From Felis catus (Eukaryota), in contig NC_058368.1 of the NCBI RefSeq assembly GCF_018350175.1, positions 82,524,001 through 82,588,000 on the forward strand: a stretch of 64,000 nucleotides of DNA, in the 5' to 3' direction. How positions within the stretch are numbered: the first letter of the stretch is position 1; each line of letters opens with the position of its first letter. The notes below the pieces were generated by a model. The model saw nothing but the letters and a program-made list of their open reading frames with translations. It was not told where the DNA came from and did no database searches. This document shows, piece after piece, positions 52,146-64,000 of this stretch. A program made the translations under genes and the position numbers.

Positions 52146-54293
52146 CTGCGAAGAGAGTGGCAGTGTCAGGGGCGGGAGCCGGGGGCCTGCAGGCAGCTTC
52201 TCAGGGCTACCCTGAGGTCTGAGAGGACAGCAGCCTCAACAGCCCAGGGCCGAGCGTCCTGAGTTCTGGGTGGTGGTCCCGATGCCCAGAGCTCCCGTCC
52301 AGCGAAGAGTAGTGGGTGGTGGGTACACCGATTATCAATCCAGAAACATCTGGGGGCAGGGGACAGTGGTGCCGCATTCAGGACACCCTCCTGGTGACTC
52401 CCATGAGTGACACCTTCCAGAGCTTTCCTTCCCAGCAACCCGACACTACTGCGTGTCCACGTTGTAGGTGGGGGACCTCTGTGCCACATGCGCTTCTCGG
52501 CAGCAGAAGCTGCCACGGTGTCAGGGTCTCCTCATGCCTGATCCCACCTGCAGGCCCTGGTTCCTGGTTCTCTTTGCATTCTGGAACACGGCCAGCCACA
52601 CAAATTCTGAGCACCTTTTCCACGAATTCTGTCGTCTCTGTCACCCTGGGTGTGCTTCCCTGGACTGTCCCTTCTCCGGGCTGTGGGGCATGCCGTCCTG
52701 CTCTTGGCATGCAGGCTGGAGCACGTGCGGGATGTTAGGCTCTCAGGCTGCTGGAGTCCAGATGCGCCGCGTCCTGGAGAACAAGGCTGCTGGGCCTCCT
52801 GCTGCTTGGCAGTTAGCGATCTCCTGCTGCACACTGATTATGGCCATTCTTGTTTGAGGCTTTGTCGGGAGAGGCACCAGGACAGGCTGGCCCCACCAGC
52901 AGGCTCTGTGCGGAGTGCCGAGTGGGAACAAGGATCTCCACTGGCGGAGAATCAGTGCTTCCCAGGGCCGCAAGAGCCTCTTGGATCCACAGCCCCATGC
53001 TCTGCCCGACCCCGTGGCACTCGCCCTATGGGTTCACACAGGCCTGTGGAGCGCCGTGTGGCCGTTCACACAGGCCTGTGGAGCGCCGTGTGGCCCCTCC
53101 TCTCCAGAAACACCCATAGCGGCTCAGACCCCCAACTGCAGTCTGTCTCCCCACCTGCCTCCAGGCTCCACTTGGGACTCCCCCTGCCCCTCGCCACCCA
53201 CACGGCTCCAGGACAAAACCAGGACCACTGTGGCCTCCCTGTCTGCTTCCCTTACTTGGGGTCAGAGAGCTGAACTGCTGACTGCCCGCCATCCAGAATG
53301 TTCCACCCGTACGGCGTCGGGCTCTTTAGTTGACTGTGGTGGGGGAGGGTCCAGTTCGCAGTAGGAGTCTTGCTCCCACAGAGGGGCATGACTTTCACCG
53401 TCTCCCCTGCGACATCTCAGGGCTCGTTTCTCTTTGGTGCTGGGAAGCCAGAAACCAACCTGCTTCTCATTCCTTCCTACGTTGAGCGATCTGAGCTGCT
53501 CCTCTCAGGAATGCTTTAGCCTCTAACACTTAATAGAGTGTTTCTTTCTGGGTGAGAAGTTTCATTTCCTTCGTTTCTCCTTCATAGTGCTTGTGCGCCC
53601 GGAGCGTGTGCCACGCCTGTCCTGGCCAGGGCACTTTTGTACACACTTCTTCTTTCTTCCCACCGCGTTTCTCGTGGAGCCCATTGGGTGGGCTGAGCCT
53701 CAGAGACTGCCCTGTTACTCCGATCAGCTGTACCTGGTCTTTCAGCTCTCTCTTTTACCTGCTTTATGGACCATTCCAGGGTTCCCTCTCAGATTACTGA
53801 CTTGGTCTCTGGTTTCCCTCCTCCCTTCACTGACTGATCATTCCAGAAACATTTATTCGCCCATCGAGTCATCACACATCAAATATTTGCTGAGCTCTTC
53901 TCCACTCAGGCCCATCTCCCCAAATGGGCGAGCAGCTGTGAGGAAGTCAGAGGTTCACATCTGAAGCTTGGGTATGCTCAGCCAGCTCGACAGCAAATAC
54001 AAGACGATAAACACGTGACATGCAACTGTCACGTGTGGTCATGCAAGGGAAGAAATAAACTGGAGACAAGGGCAGAGAAGTATAAGTCGGGGTCAACCTC
54101 TCAGGTGGTTGGAGGTCTCGGAGGGCAGGTGGCCTTGGGTCGCGGTAAGAAGGACCAGGATCACCTGTCAGAGGCCGGGAGGCCCCCAGGGAGCAGCACT
54201 GTGAGATGCTGGGGAGGCAGCTTGCTCAGGATGTGTGCGGGGAGACCCAAGCTCTCTCCCCGAGCAAACGACTCATTTAATGCAAACACGTTT

Positions 54294-54529
54294 GTTTTTT
54301 TTTTTTTTTTTAATTTTTTTTTTTCAACGTTTATTTATTTTTGGGACAGAGAGAGACAGAGCATGAACGGGAGAGGGGCAGAGAGAGAGAGAGAGACACA
54401 GAATCGGAAACAGGCTCCAGGCTCTGAGCCATCAGCCCAGAGCCCGACGCGGGGCTCGAACACACGGACCGCGAGATCGTGACCTGGCTGAAGTCGGACG
54501 CTTAACCGACTGCGCCACCCAGGCGCCCC
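54294..54529 (-). mobile_element. Young SINEC_Fc-type SINE with perfect 16-bp target site duplication
   Basis: CpG-intact body, long T tail, taatgcaaacacgttt at 54278-54293 and 54530-54545. Confidence 0.95.
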
Positions 54530-56892
54530 TAATGCAAACACGTTTTTATTACATTCACTTGTTATCAAGAAGGTTTACATGGCAAGTATGCCTGAGTTTG
54601 CAGCCTCAGAGATAATGGGTTTTCACGGCCATGGACTAGACGGCATCGCTAAGCATCACACTGAAAGCAAGTTTTCTCACATCTACATCCTAGGGAAGTG
54701 CCACCAGATGTGGGCAGTGGCCACCCTAGGGCAGTGAACGTTGCTGTCTTTCCTTCTCCAAGAGACCAGTCTGAGAAACACTCTATTCTCTAACTCAAAA
54801 CGAGGGTTGGATGTTGACTGCAGTCACACAAAGACACCTCGGAGGAAAGAATCAACACCCTCCCATCCCGCATGCCGCAAGTGGGAACCACAATAAGGAC
54901 GCCAGCCTCCCTGTGCTCGCCTGTAGACAGCTTCCTGCGGCTACAGCCCCGCACACAAGCTGGCAGGGGGCTCTCGCAGACCACCCAAGGCACACGAAGC
55001 CGAGGTTCATTTTACTTCACACACAGTGTGTGTCTCCAGGCCCATTCTCTTTGAAACAACTTCAACAAATGCTTCAGAAAGTTCTAGATAAATAACGGTA
55101 AGGGGTGAAATGTTTACTACCTTGGGTATTCCCAGGTCCTGGAAAAGACACTGTGAAACATACAGTGACCCAAACAGTCAACTGAGCCGGAATCTAACAC
55201 ACCCCAAGTACAATATTTTGTGTGTATTTTAACATTTATAGGATTTTATCTTCAAACTGACCATTAACGCATGGTTATGCCTCTTAGCTGGAGTGACAGC
55301 CTGCAGCTTCAAACTCATTTCAATTTCTCCCTTCCCTCCATGCGGACACATGCTGGGGCCTCCGCTGCCCGCCCACAAGGAGGAAATGCTGAACTGGGCA
55401 GTGTGTAGGCACGAGAGAGCTGGAGACACGCTGGCCGTGCAGTGACAAGGTGTCACCGGCCACCAGCCTGCCACCTGCTCAGCCTTCTGCCCTCACACTT
55501 CAGCTTGAAAGGCTTCCTGCCTCCAGAAAGAGCCACATATCAATAGCCTGTTGGCTACTTTTTTCTTTTTGTAATTTCCTAATAACAGAAAGCAAGATCT
55601 CTGCTAGATTTGAGGTGCTGTTGGAATTCCCCACCGGGGCGCACCTCGGGGTGGGGCTGCCTGCGGCCTGTGCCCGCTCCCCTGGCCATCAGCCCTGCAG
55701 TCTGGCCACATGAGCAGGGCCCTGGCCGGTCAGCATGCGCTGCTGCCAGCAGGACTCTCGTCAGCTTGGGAGGCGCTAGAGCGTGAAGGCGGGAAAGTGC
55801 GGAACCCTTGCTTTCAGACAAAGCAGGTGACCACGGGACAGCAAGAGAAAGAATGCTCTGCAGGGACAAGAGAGGGAGGGATGTGGAAAGGGGAGAGCAG
55901 AGGTCTCGTGCAGCGGCAGCAGAGCCGAGTGCTAGTGCACACGTGTCTTCTCTCCCACTCATCTTCTGGCACACACGGCCGCTGCACATTGCCCACACGC
56001 ACCCCTGTTCTAAAGGAAGCGGTGCATTGTCCACAGAAATGTCCACGAGCAATCACCCCCGATGCACAATATCATGTCCACTGGCCCTGGCGTAGACCTC
56101 AGCGGTCTCATGGATACTTGCAGATCACACACATCGACTACTTAATTCACTGCACAAATGGCTTCAGAACCCTGCCTCCGTGCTCAACAGGCCGGCTCAC
56201 ACCTGCCAGCTTTTCCAACACTTGTCTCCAGTGCAGTGACATGCCAATGCCCTCACATGTTGACATGCAGCCAGAACGCAGACCCCGGGAGGCCGGGAAC
56301 AGCCCTCAGCCTGCAGCAGGGGTTCATGAAATATTTTGGAGTGATAAAAAGGTACATTAGTCTTTGTTGGGGATGAAAATAAAGCATGAGATGAGGCCCT
56401 AGAGTCCAAGCCTGAGATCATGCACAGGCATCTGTGTGACATGGGGATTGGCAGATGCCGCATCCACATACAGACGAGAACGTGAAGGTGGTGGCTCACC
56501 AAACCACGTGGGCCTCGTCAGGCATCCAGGCCAGCAGACTTGGACATACAAGTGAACAGGACAAAAAAGAGGGATTACAATCAGGAAAAGCCACATGTGG
56601 AAGGAACAGGGAGGTTTCCGTGAGCAAGTCCAGCAGGTGTTCCGTCCACACGACCATACGAAGCCTGGGTACTGACGGCACCACCCAGGCAGGTCAGGGA
56701 GAGGCGATGGGAAAGCCCACAGATAACACCCACTACCAGCAGGACGCAGGACAGGTGAGGGCCATGAGCCTCCAGCCTCCCGAAGCCTCCAGGGTGTACA
56801 CGGGTAATGGACACCCTCAGGAAACCACTGCAAGCACTCACGGGACAACCTGTGGTTTTGGAGGGAAGACAGCCTCACCTTGCTCTTCAGCC

Positions 56893-57365
56893 TGGCAGGG
56901 AGGGTGCTCCCAGCAGAGAAGGGTACTCCCGGCTGGCAGGGAAGGGTTCTCCCAGTGGGGAGGGGTGCTCCCAGCTCGCGGGAAGGGTGCTCTCAGCTGG
57001 CGGGGAAGGGTTCTCCCAGTGGGGAAGGGTGCTCTCAGCTAGCAGGGAAGGGTGCTCCCAGCTGGTGGGGAAGGGTGCTCCCAGATTGCGGGGAAGGGTT
57101 CTCCCAGTGGGGAAGAATGCTCTTGGCTGGCGGGGAAGGGTGCTCCTAGCTGGTGGGGAAGAGTGCTCCCGGCTCCAGGGAAGGGTGCTCCCAGCTGGTG
57201 GGAAAGGGTGCTCCCAGTGGGGAGGGGTGCTCTCGGCTGGCAGGGAAGGATGCTCCCAGCTGGCAGGGAAGGGTGCTCCCAGCTCGCGGGGAAGGTTCTC
57301 CCAGTGGAGAACGATGCTCCCGGCTGGTGGGGAGGGGTGCTCCCAACGGGGAAGGGTATGCCCAG
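56893..57365. repeat. Minisatellite, about 19-23-bp unit (gggaagggtgctcccagct)
   Basis: About 20 degenerate copies. Confidence 0.92.
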
Positions 57366-57562
57366 CAGCAAAGAGGGATACACTGGAAGCAGGGAGAGGG
57401 AAGGCCTGGAGAGAGAACTCAACCTGGCCAGAACACCCCCAGGCACCCCATGAAAGACCACCTAGGCCAGGTGAGAGGTGACGGGAGTGGGGATTGACCT
57501 CACAGTGCAGGTCCTGCAGCCTCTGGGTGGGTGGACTGCCGGCCCCAGTAGGAATTACTGGC

Positions 57563-57938
57563 TGTGGTGTGCCGGGTGGTGGCCCCCAAAGAGATGTGAC
57601 CTTATTTGGAAAAAGGTTTTTGCAGATGTAATCCAGCTAAGGATCTTGAGATGATGAGATTATCCTGGGTTCAGGGTGGGCCCTAAACTCGATCACTAGT
57701 GTCCCTACAGGAGGGAAGCTTCACAGACACAGTAGAGAGGGTCATGTGAAGGGGGAGGAGAGAGGGAAGGGACTGCCTGCAGCCCGGGAAGCTGCGGAAT
57801 GGGTTGGGGGAAGGGACCGTCCCCTGGAGTGTCCAGATTGCAGATCTGGCTTCCAGAACTGGGATAGAGTAAAGTTCTGTTGAGTTAAGCCACTTAAGAT
57901 TGTGGTGTTTGGCCTCAGCAGCCCTAGGAAAGTAACAC
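57563..57938 (+). mobile_element. MaLR MLT1-type solo LTR
   Basis: tgtgaccttatttggaaa, tgcagatgtaat, ttccagaact, ttaagccac, gcagccctaggaaagtaaca. Confidence 0.8.
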
Positions 57939-58479
57939 CCCTGCAGTAAGGGAATGACATGTGTCAGGAAGGCTGAGAACACATCCCCATCACGTTCTAG
58001 AGAGGAAAGTGGGGATAAGTCACGGTAATGGTGCTGCCAGGCAGGAGGGAGGGCCTGGGGTGATTCTCAGGCAAAGAGAGAAGTGTATTGGAATGAATCT
58101 GCTTCTGCCCAACTGACTTCAACGGCCCATCATCCCAGCTCTTACTTTCTCCAGAGCCCAGAACACACTGTGAGGTTGGCCCAAGCCCTTGCTAACCTTT
58201 GAGATGCCAGGGCACAAGGGGAGAACGCACACAAATAACCACGTGTGCTCCTGCACAGATGCCGGCATAGATGCCATTATTCCAATCTTACACAGGAGGT
58301 GATAGCAGAGAAAGTCAGAGTTTGCAAGCTGTTACATGGCCAGGGGAGATTCTGCTGTCTTTGGACACCAGGATTTGGGGTGCTGAGGCTTTTACACTTG
58401 ATAGAGTGTCCACTGTCTCCTGTTCCATCCCAAATCAGGGCTATTTGTGGAAAGTCCCAGGTGCACAGAACACACTTAG

Positions 58480-59029
58480 CTCTAAGGGAGAAAGTGATAA
58501 AATACAAAATGGCTACAATGTCAGAGGAGACCTAGTGGCCATGATGCCCATGTTAAAAAAGAAAAAAGGAACACAAATTGATCATCCTAACGTCTACCCT
58601 AAGAAATAAGAAAAGCAAAAAACCCACAAAGGCAGAAAGAAGGAAACAGTAAAGACCATAGCAGAGATAATGAAGTAGAAAAATCAGTAAAACCAAAAGC
58701 GAGGCCTTTGTAAAGATCCACAAACTTGACAAATCTTTAGCTAGGCTGACTGAGAAAAAGAGAAGACTCATATTACTAAAATTATTAATGAAAAAGGGGA
58801 CATTTCTAATGACCTTAGAGAAACAAAACCATTTTTAAAAAACATTACAGAGGAGCTAACCAAATGGGAAGGCAGTGTTTCAGGGGTTGGAAGGTTTAGT
58901 ACTGCTAATTCCCCAAACTGACAGATTCAATACAATCACGATCAAAATGTCAGCTGCTATTTTTGTGGAAATTAACATGGTGACCCTAAAAATCACATGG
59001 AAATGAAAAGAGCTCAGGATAGCAAGTCA

Positions 59030-59062
<33 letters not shown>

Positions 59063-60420
59063 ACCAAGATGGAGACTCACGCTTCTTGACTTCAAAATGT
59101 ACCACAAATCGAAAGTTGCCAAGACTGGGTGGTACCAGCATAGGGACAGGCATGCAGGTCAACGGGATAGGTTCTGAACTATTCTATTGAACTAATACGT
59201 TCATCCATTCATAGCCCAGTGGTTTTCAACAAAAATGCCAAGATAATTCACATGGAAAGAATGATGCCAAGACAACTGGATATTCAAAAGCAAAGGAATC
59301 AATGCTGGCACCTTTCTAACACCACGTACAACAATTACTTCCAAACGTGGTGAGGACCTGAAGCTGAGAGCCCAAACCGTACAAATGTTAGATTGGATTA
59401 GGAAATGATTTCTTAGATCTGGACCTAAAACACAGGAAACGACAGATAACTTAGAGCTCTTTCATTGAGATTTAAAAGTCTTGTATCACAAAGAACATTA
59501 CCAAGAAAGTGAAGGCAGACAGCAGAATGACAAAAAATGTTTTCAAGTTATATATTTGACAAAAGCCTAACATCCAGAATATACGAAAAAATCTTACATC
59601 TTAACAATAAAACACTAATAACCCAATGAAAAAATCAGCAAAGGACTTGCACAGACATTTCTTCAGAGAAGAAACAGAGCTGGCCAACAAGGACGAGAAA
59701 GGATGGTCAGTGTCATTTAGGGAAACGTAAGTCAACGCCGCTTCACACCCATCAGGAGCCTGCAAAAACAAACATGGAGAATCACGTGGGTTGGCAGGCA
59801 TGCGGGGGGACCGGAGCAGTCGCACACAGCTGGCCGTGTAAATGTGGCGACCACTGTGACAAAACAGTCGGGCATTTCTTCAAAGAGTTAAGCAGAGTTA
59901 AGATATAATGCACTGATTCTACTCCTAGGTTACGTACCCAAGATAAATGAGAACAAGTCTGTACAAACGCTTATACAAGAATGTTCCCAGCAGTATTCAC
60001 AATCGCCTCAAAGTGGGAACAACCCAAATGTCTACGAATGGACGATGATAAGAAAATGCGGTGTACCCACACAGTGAACATTATTCGGCCCTAACATAAT
60101 TGAAGCCCTGATGCCTGCTACTGCGTGAGTGAAACTTGCCGACATCATGCTCAGTGAGAGAAGACAGTCCCAGAGAACCACACGTTATGTGACTCCGTTT
60201 ATGTGAGACATCCAGGATAAGCAAATCCATAGGCAGGAAGCAGGTCAGTGGTTGCCAAGGGCTGGAGAGTATGGGTTACAGCTGCCCCTGGGGACGGGAT
60301 TTCTTTCTTGTGGTGATGAGATGTGCTGGAACTAGACAGTAGTTAGTGGTGACGGTTGCACAACCGAGTGTGCATTTTACAATGCTGAATTTTATGGTAT
60401 GTAAAGGATATTTCTTAGTG
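58480..60420 (+). mobile_element. Old, degraded LINE-1 (ORF2 remnants plus L1M-type 3' end)
   Basis: A-rich, with L1 motifs (agattcaatacaatc, cagacatttcttcagagaaga, ggaacaacccaaatgtc, gtggttgccaagggctgg); no intact ORF. Confidence 0.85.
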
Positions 60421-60597
60421 AAAGAAAAATCTACAGTGCAAGGCAAAGTGAAGAAAGAAAAGTCACTGGTCCCTCAGACACCTCTGACTCATGTGATTGG
60501 AGGATATGTGCCCCTGTGGGACTCTGTGGCACCCCCCAGCCTCTTTCTCCCTCATTGCACCCCTATGGGGGACCCTTGTGCCCTGGAACTCTGAACA

Positions 60598-60985
60598 AAG
60601 TGTACTAGCATGTGGCAGTATGTGCCGATGGGTGTGCTGCTTTGTACATATACGTATAGGGTGTATATGCGCCAGCATGTAGACGAGTGTGTGTGCTCAT
60701 GTGTACTAGCAGGTGTACCAGTGTACATGCTAGTGTGCACTAATGAGCATGCTAGCGTGTGCCAGTGTATCCTAACATGTGTACTAGTGTGTGTTCGTGT
60801 GTGCTAGCAATGGCAGCGTGTGCTAGCATGTGTGCCGGTGTGGGAAGTCGTATAGGCTGGCATGTACCAGCATGTGTAGTAGATGCGCTGCTGCGCTAGT
60901 ATATGTAGAGTATACACTAGTACATCTATCAGTGTGTACTCACGTGTGCTAGCGTGTATGCTAGTGTGTGTACTAGTGTACGCTA
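60598..60985. repeat. Degenerate TG-based repeat with recurrent tactag/gctag
   Basis: Direct reading. Confidence 0.8.
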
Positions 60986-62695
60986 GGAAGAAGCGGTAGG
61001 ATCCCACCACAAAGATGCAGGAACCAGGCAAACCCCTGGTGCTCTAACCAAGGAGACTTCCAGAAGGCAGTGTCTGGGGAGCTCCCACGGTTGGTTGGCA
61101 GGGACAACATGGATGGCAGGAACTCTGGGGGTGGGTGGGGACCGGTGGGGATGGCAGGGTGGGTAGTTGTGAAGTATCGCTCGGTCTCCTGCTCTGGGCA
61201 CCACACCTGTCATCTGATCAGGCCCACTCCCCCCACCTCTCCCTGGACAGGACCACGGCTCTGCGCCCTCCCCAGAGAAACAGCTTACTTCCACCCTCCC
61301 TCACCTGGACATGAGGCTGGACGGGATGGCTGTCAGAACAGGAATCCTGGCCCATGTCTCCTATGTTCACCCTCCTGACTCAGTGCTCTGCCCAGCCTGG
61401 TCCATTCTGTCTCCCAACCTCTAAAGCGCACTTCTTATCCTACGTAAGGCTCTTTCTGAACAGCCGTAAGTTGTTTTGGAACACGGTGAGATAAGCCTAC
61501 CAATAAACAAGGAAACAGGCAACTCTCTCTCCCTGCTACAGGGTCTGAGAACACAGCAACTACTTCAAGAACAGGAGCACAGAAGCAGCGAAGGACAAAG
61601 GTCACGGTGTCCTCCCCATGTCCCACACCAAGTCCTGTGCACGTCCTACACACATTCCCATGCATGCCCCCTGCAGCCAGAAGTGACCAGATGACAGGTT
61701 CCAACGATGCTGTGGGAAGCAGGCCAGGGCCCCCCAGGGTGGCAGACGATGTGGGATCCTCCTCGAGCCCCCACCCCGGGCCCTATGCAGGGACACAGGG
61801 AGCACAATCCTAAAGTGGAACTCGCCCGATCTCACTGAAGCCCTTTTTGCCAGAGATGGGTAAGAGATGAATTCAGGAAACTGTCTTCTCCTAAGATGAA
61901 GCACACGGGAACGTCTGGTCTCTCTCCTGGTTTCTGTGAACCTTCACTCTTCACTTCCTCTTCCGAGACTCCCTCCCCACCACCCTTCACTCAGGACATA
62001 CCCGAGGCTCCAAACATGCCAGCCACAGACAGATGGGCCAGATGGCACTCTGACGCCCTCCCACGGGACCCCCAACTACTGCAGGTGTCGTCGGTAAAAA
62101 CAAATGTGGGGCCCATGGGGCAGGCAGTGAGAGAACATGGTCTTGGCCAGGGTGTGTGTGCCCCGAGGTCTCACTGGGGTAACAGGGCAAGGACCCTGCA
62201 CACAATGCGAGCTTGTGCGTGTGTCCGGGCATCTCCCAAGAGTCCTTGGCCCCCTCCTCTATGGGATCCGTGACCCTAAATGTCAAGAGCCTCACCCGCT
62301 TAGACACGTGCACAGACATTCACACTCACCAAGCGTTGCAGGGTAGATGGAGCCCTGGATTCAGAGTGCAAGGTCTGAGTTCAGGCCCTAGCTCTGCCGA
62401 CAGGCCTCGGACACACCTCTGCACTGTTTCCTCACCTGTATCGCCCTGGGTGAGACAGCACCCTCTTTGCCTAAAAGTCCCCCTGAGTAAGTATGGCTAT
62501 TGACAAAAAGCCAAATTCATTACCTCTAGCATTTGCTTTACTGAGGATTTTAAGAACAATGTGCCAGAACCTCTAAAAACACTGTCATTGTGGGGAATCA
62601 CCGACTTTGGGATTTCTGACTCATTTGTTTGAAAAACAAGGACCTGTCCTGGGTCAGAGTTACTACTTTGCGAAGACCAGGTGTCCATGCCTTAC

Positions 62696-62772
62696 CGCGT
62701 GGCCAGCTTGTGGCAGACGACGCCCGTGTCGGTGATGACCTCACTCAGCCTCAGCTCCAGGTGGACCTTGCC
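62696..62772 (-). CDS. RASA3: RASA3 exon 5 ([26 protein letters not shown])
   Basis: cag acceptor, gtaag donor, 77 nt, peptide match. Confidence 0.95.
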
Positions 62773-64000
62773 CTGAAAGGCATAAGGACAGAGGGTCACG
62801 AGGCGCTGGCCACGCGTAGGGAAGAGCTCTCCAGAGTCTCTGCTCATAAACGTGAAGCTGTGTCTGACCGCATGCAGCATCCACAGCACTGCCCCCACCC
62901 CACTCAGATCCCAGGGCTCCAGATGAGGCACAGCTACCCCCGAGTTAAAGGGTCCAGCCCAACAGGCACATTGCACTCCCAGCTTTAAGGACAGCAGACC
63001 GCTGTTTCAGAAGAAAGAAGTCAAAAGGCACAAGGAACAGGTGCCAGAGAAAGCAGCCTCCCCAACATGTTTGCTTGCTTTTATCTGCGTCCCTTCATAC
63101 AACAGGTGCCTGCGTCAGACACCTGCCCCGTCGCCTCAGTACATGTGTATGTGTGTCTGTGTGTGTGTGGCCTGGACACCAGGCCAGGGGATCTCAGTCC
63201 TGTGCCCCAGGCAGGAAGTTAATGCCCATGGATGCTTCTGAAAGACAGGGGAGCAGAGGTGGCTGGAATTTTGAGAGCAAGACCAGTGCTGTGTTTCTGC
63301 CTGCATCTACGTCTCTGCCAACGTCGGCCCAGCTGGAGGACCCAACCAGGTTACCATCAGGGGTCAGGGGTCAGGAGAGGGAAGAGGAGAGGGGACTGCG
63401 AAGAAGAGAGGAGGCTGTTCCTAAGAAACATGCAACAGTAGCAAGTGTGACACACTGACATATTTCTAGGAGTACACACAACGTTAAAATTAACGCTCTT
63501 TTTAATTAGAAAAGGAGGCTGAGCTGGATAATCTCCAAGGTCCCTTCTGACTGAAACTTCTAGACTCTGCAACTTGGGGAGGGCCCTCTGAAGGCTGCCT
63601 TGTGCTAGAAGAATCCAGGGCCCCAGACTGACAGACGGATGGATGGATGGACTGGAGGAAAGCATGGGCAGGACTGCTCAGCAGCGCCCCTAGTGGCCTC
63701 CTGGGTTCTCCTGCAGCTGCGGAGACACCTGCACAGGGCCCTGCTTGCCCAGCGGCGTGGAGGCCAGCCTCCCAGGTCCTCTGGCTCACCCACGACACTG
63801 ACACGGGAGACCTGACGTGCCCCTGATGTGCCCCAGGCACTGCCCTTTCTGGCCCTTCCCTCACCTGCAGGACAAATGGTCTCAGGAAGGGGAAGTGATG
63901 GATGATCGGTCCAGAGCAGCATCACACCTGCGTGACCCTGGACAACATCCGGTGTCCAGGGCACTGACCCCGTATCTGCAGAGGCGCTGACGGGCTCCGG

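Larger units (their letters stand above)
18600..62772 (-). other. RASA3: RASA3 gene span in window (exons 5-24 plus 3'UTR; 5' end lies outside the window)
   Basis: The 20 exons sum to 2133 nt (710 aa plus stop) with matching phases and encode C2B, RasGAP (FLRFFAPAI), PH and Btk-motif sequence matching recalled human RASA3. The 3' limit is approximate. Confidence 0.97.

Noticed and set aside
56807..57497. Overlapping repetitive ORFs
   Set aside because: Translations of the ~20-bp minisatellite.
63681..63698. CTCF-like motif on the minus strand (GGCCACTAGGGGCGCTGC)
   Set aside because: One G short of the core spacing, so the match is out of register.

Overview
GC-rich mammalian genomic DNA from a felid, most likely Felis, judged from about 10 CAN-SINEs including one near-intact SINEC_Fc-type copy. 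Two spliced genes lie in tandem on the minus strand. The first is the 3' part of RASA3 (GAP1-IP4BP): 20 coding exons, equivalent to human exons 5-24, which I joined by hand into 710 codons plus stop with every phase consistent; exons 1-4 lie beyond the right edge. The second is a complete 7-exon C13orf46 orthologue of about 185 aa. The rest is introns and intergenic DNA with SINEs, L1 and MaLR LTR fragments and many G-rich minisatellites. I found no new multi-gene system, and nearly all ORFs in the supplied track are composition artefacts. The notable signals are splicing and repeat features: a GC-AG intron in each gene, a triplicated RASA3 exon-12 donor, an intronic telomeric tract, a ~165-bp duplication flanking exon 7, inverted SINE pairs, a nested LTR/L1/SINE insertion upstream of C13orf46 and a consensus CTCF site. 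Gene and repeat names come from recalled sequences, not a database search.
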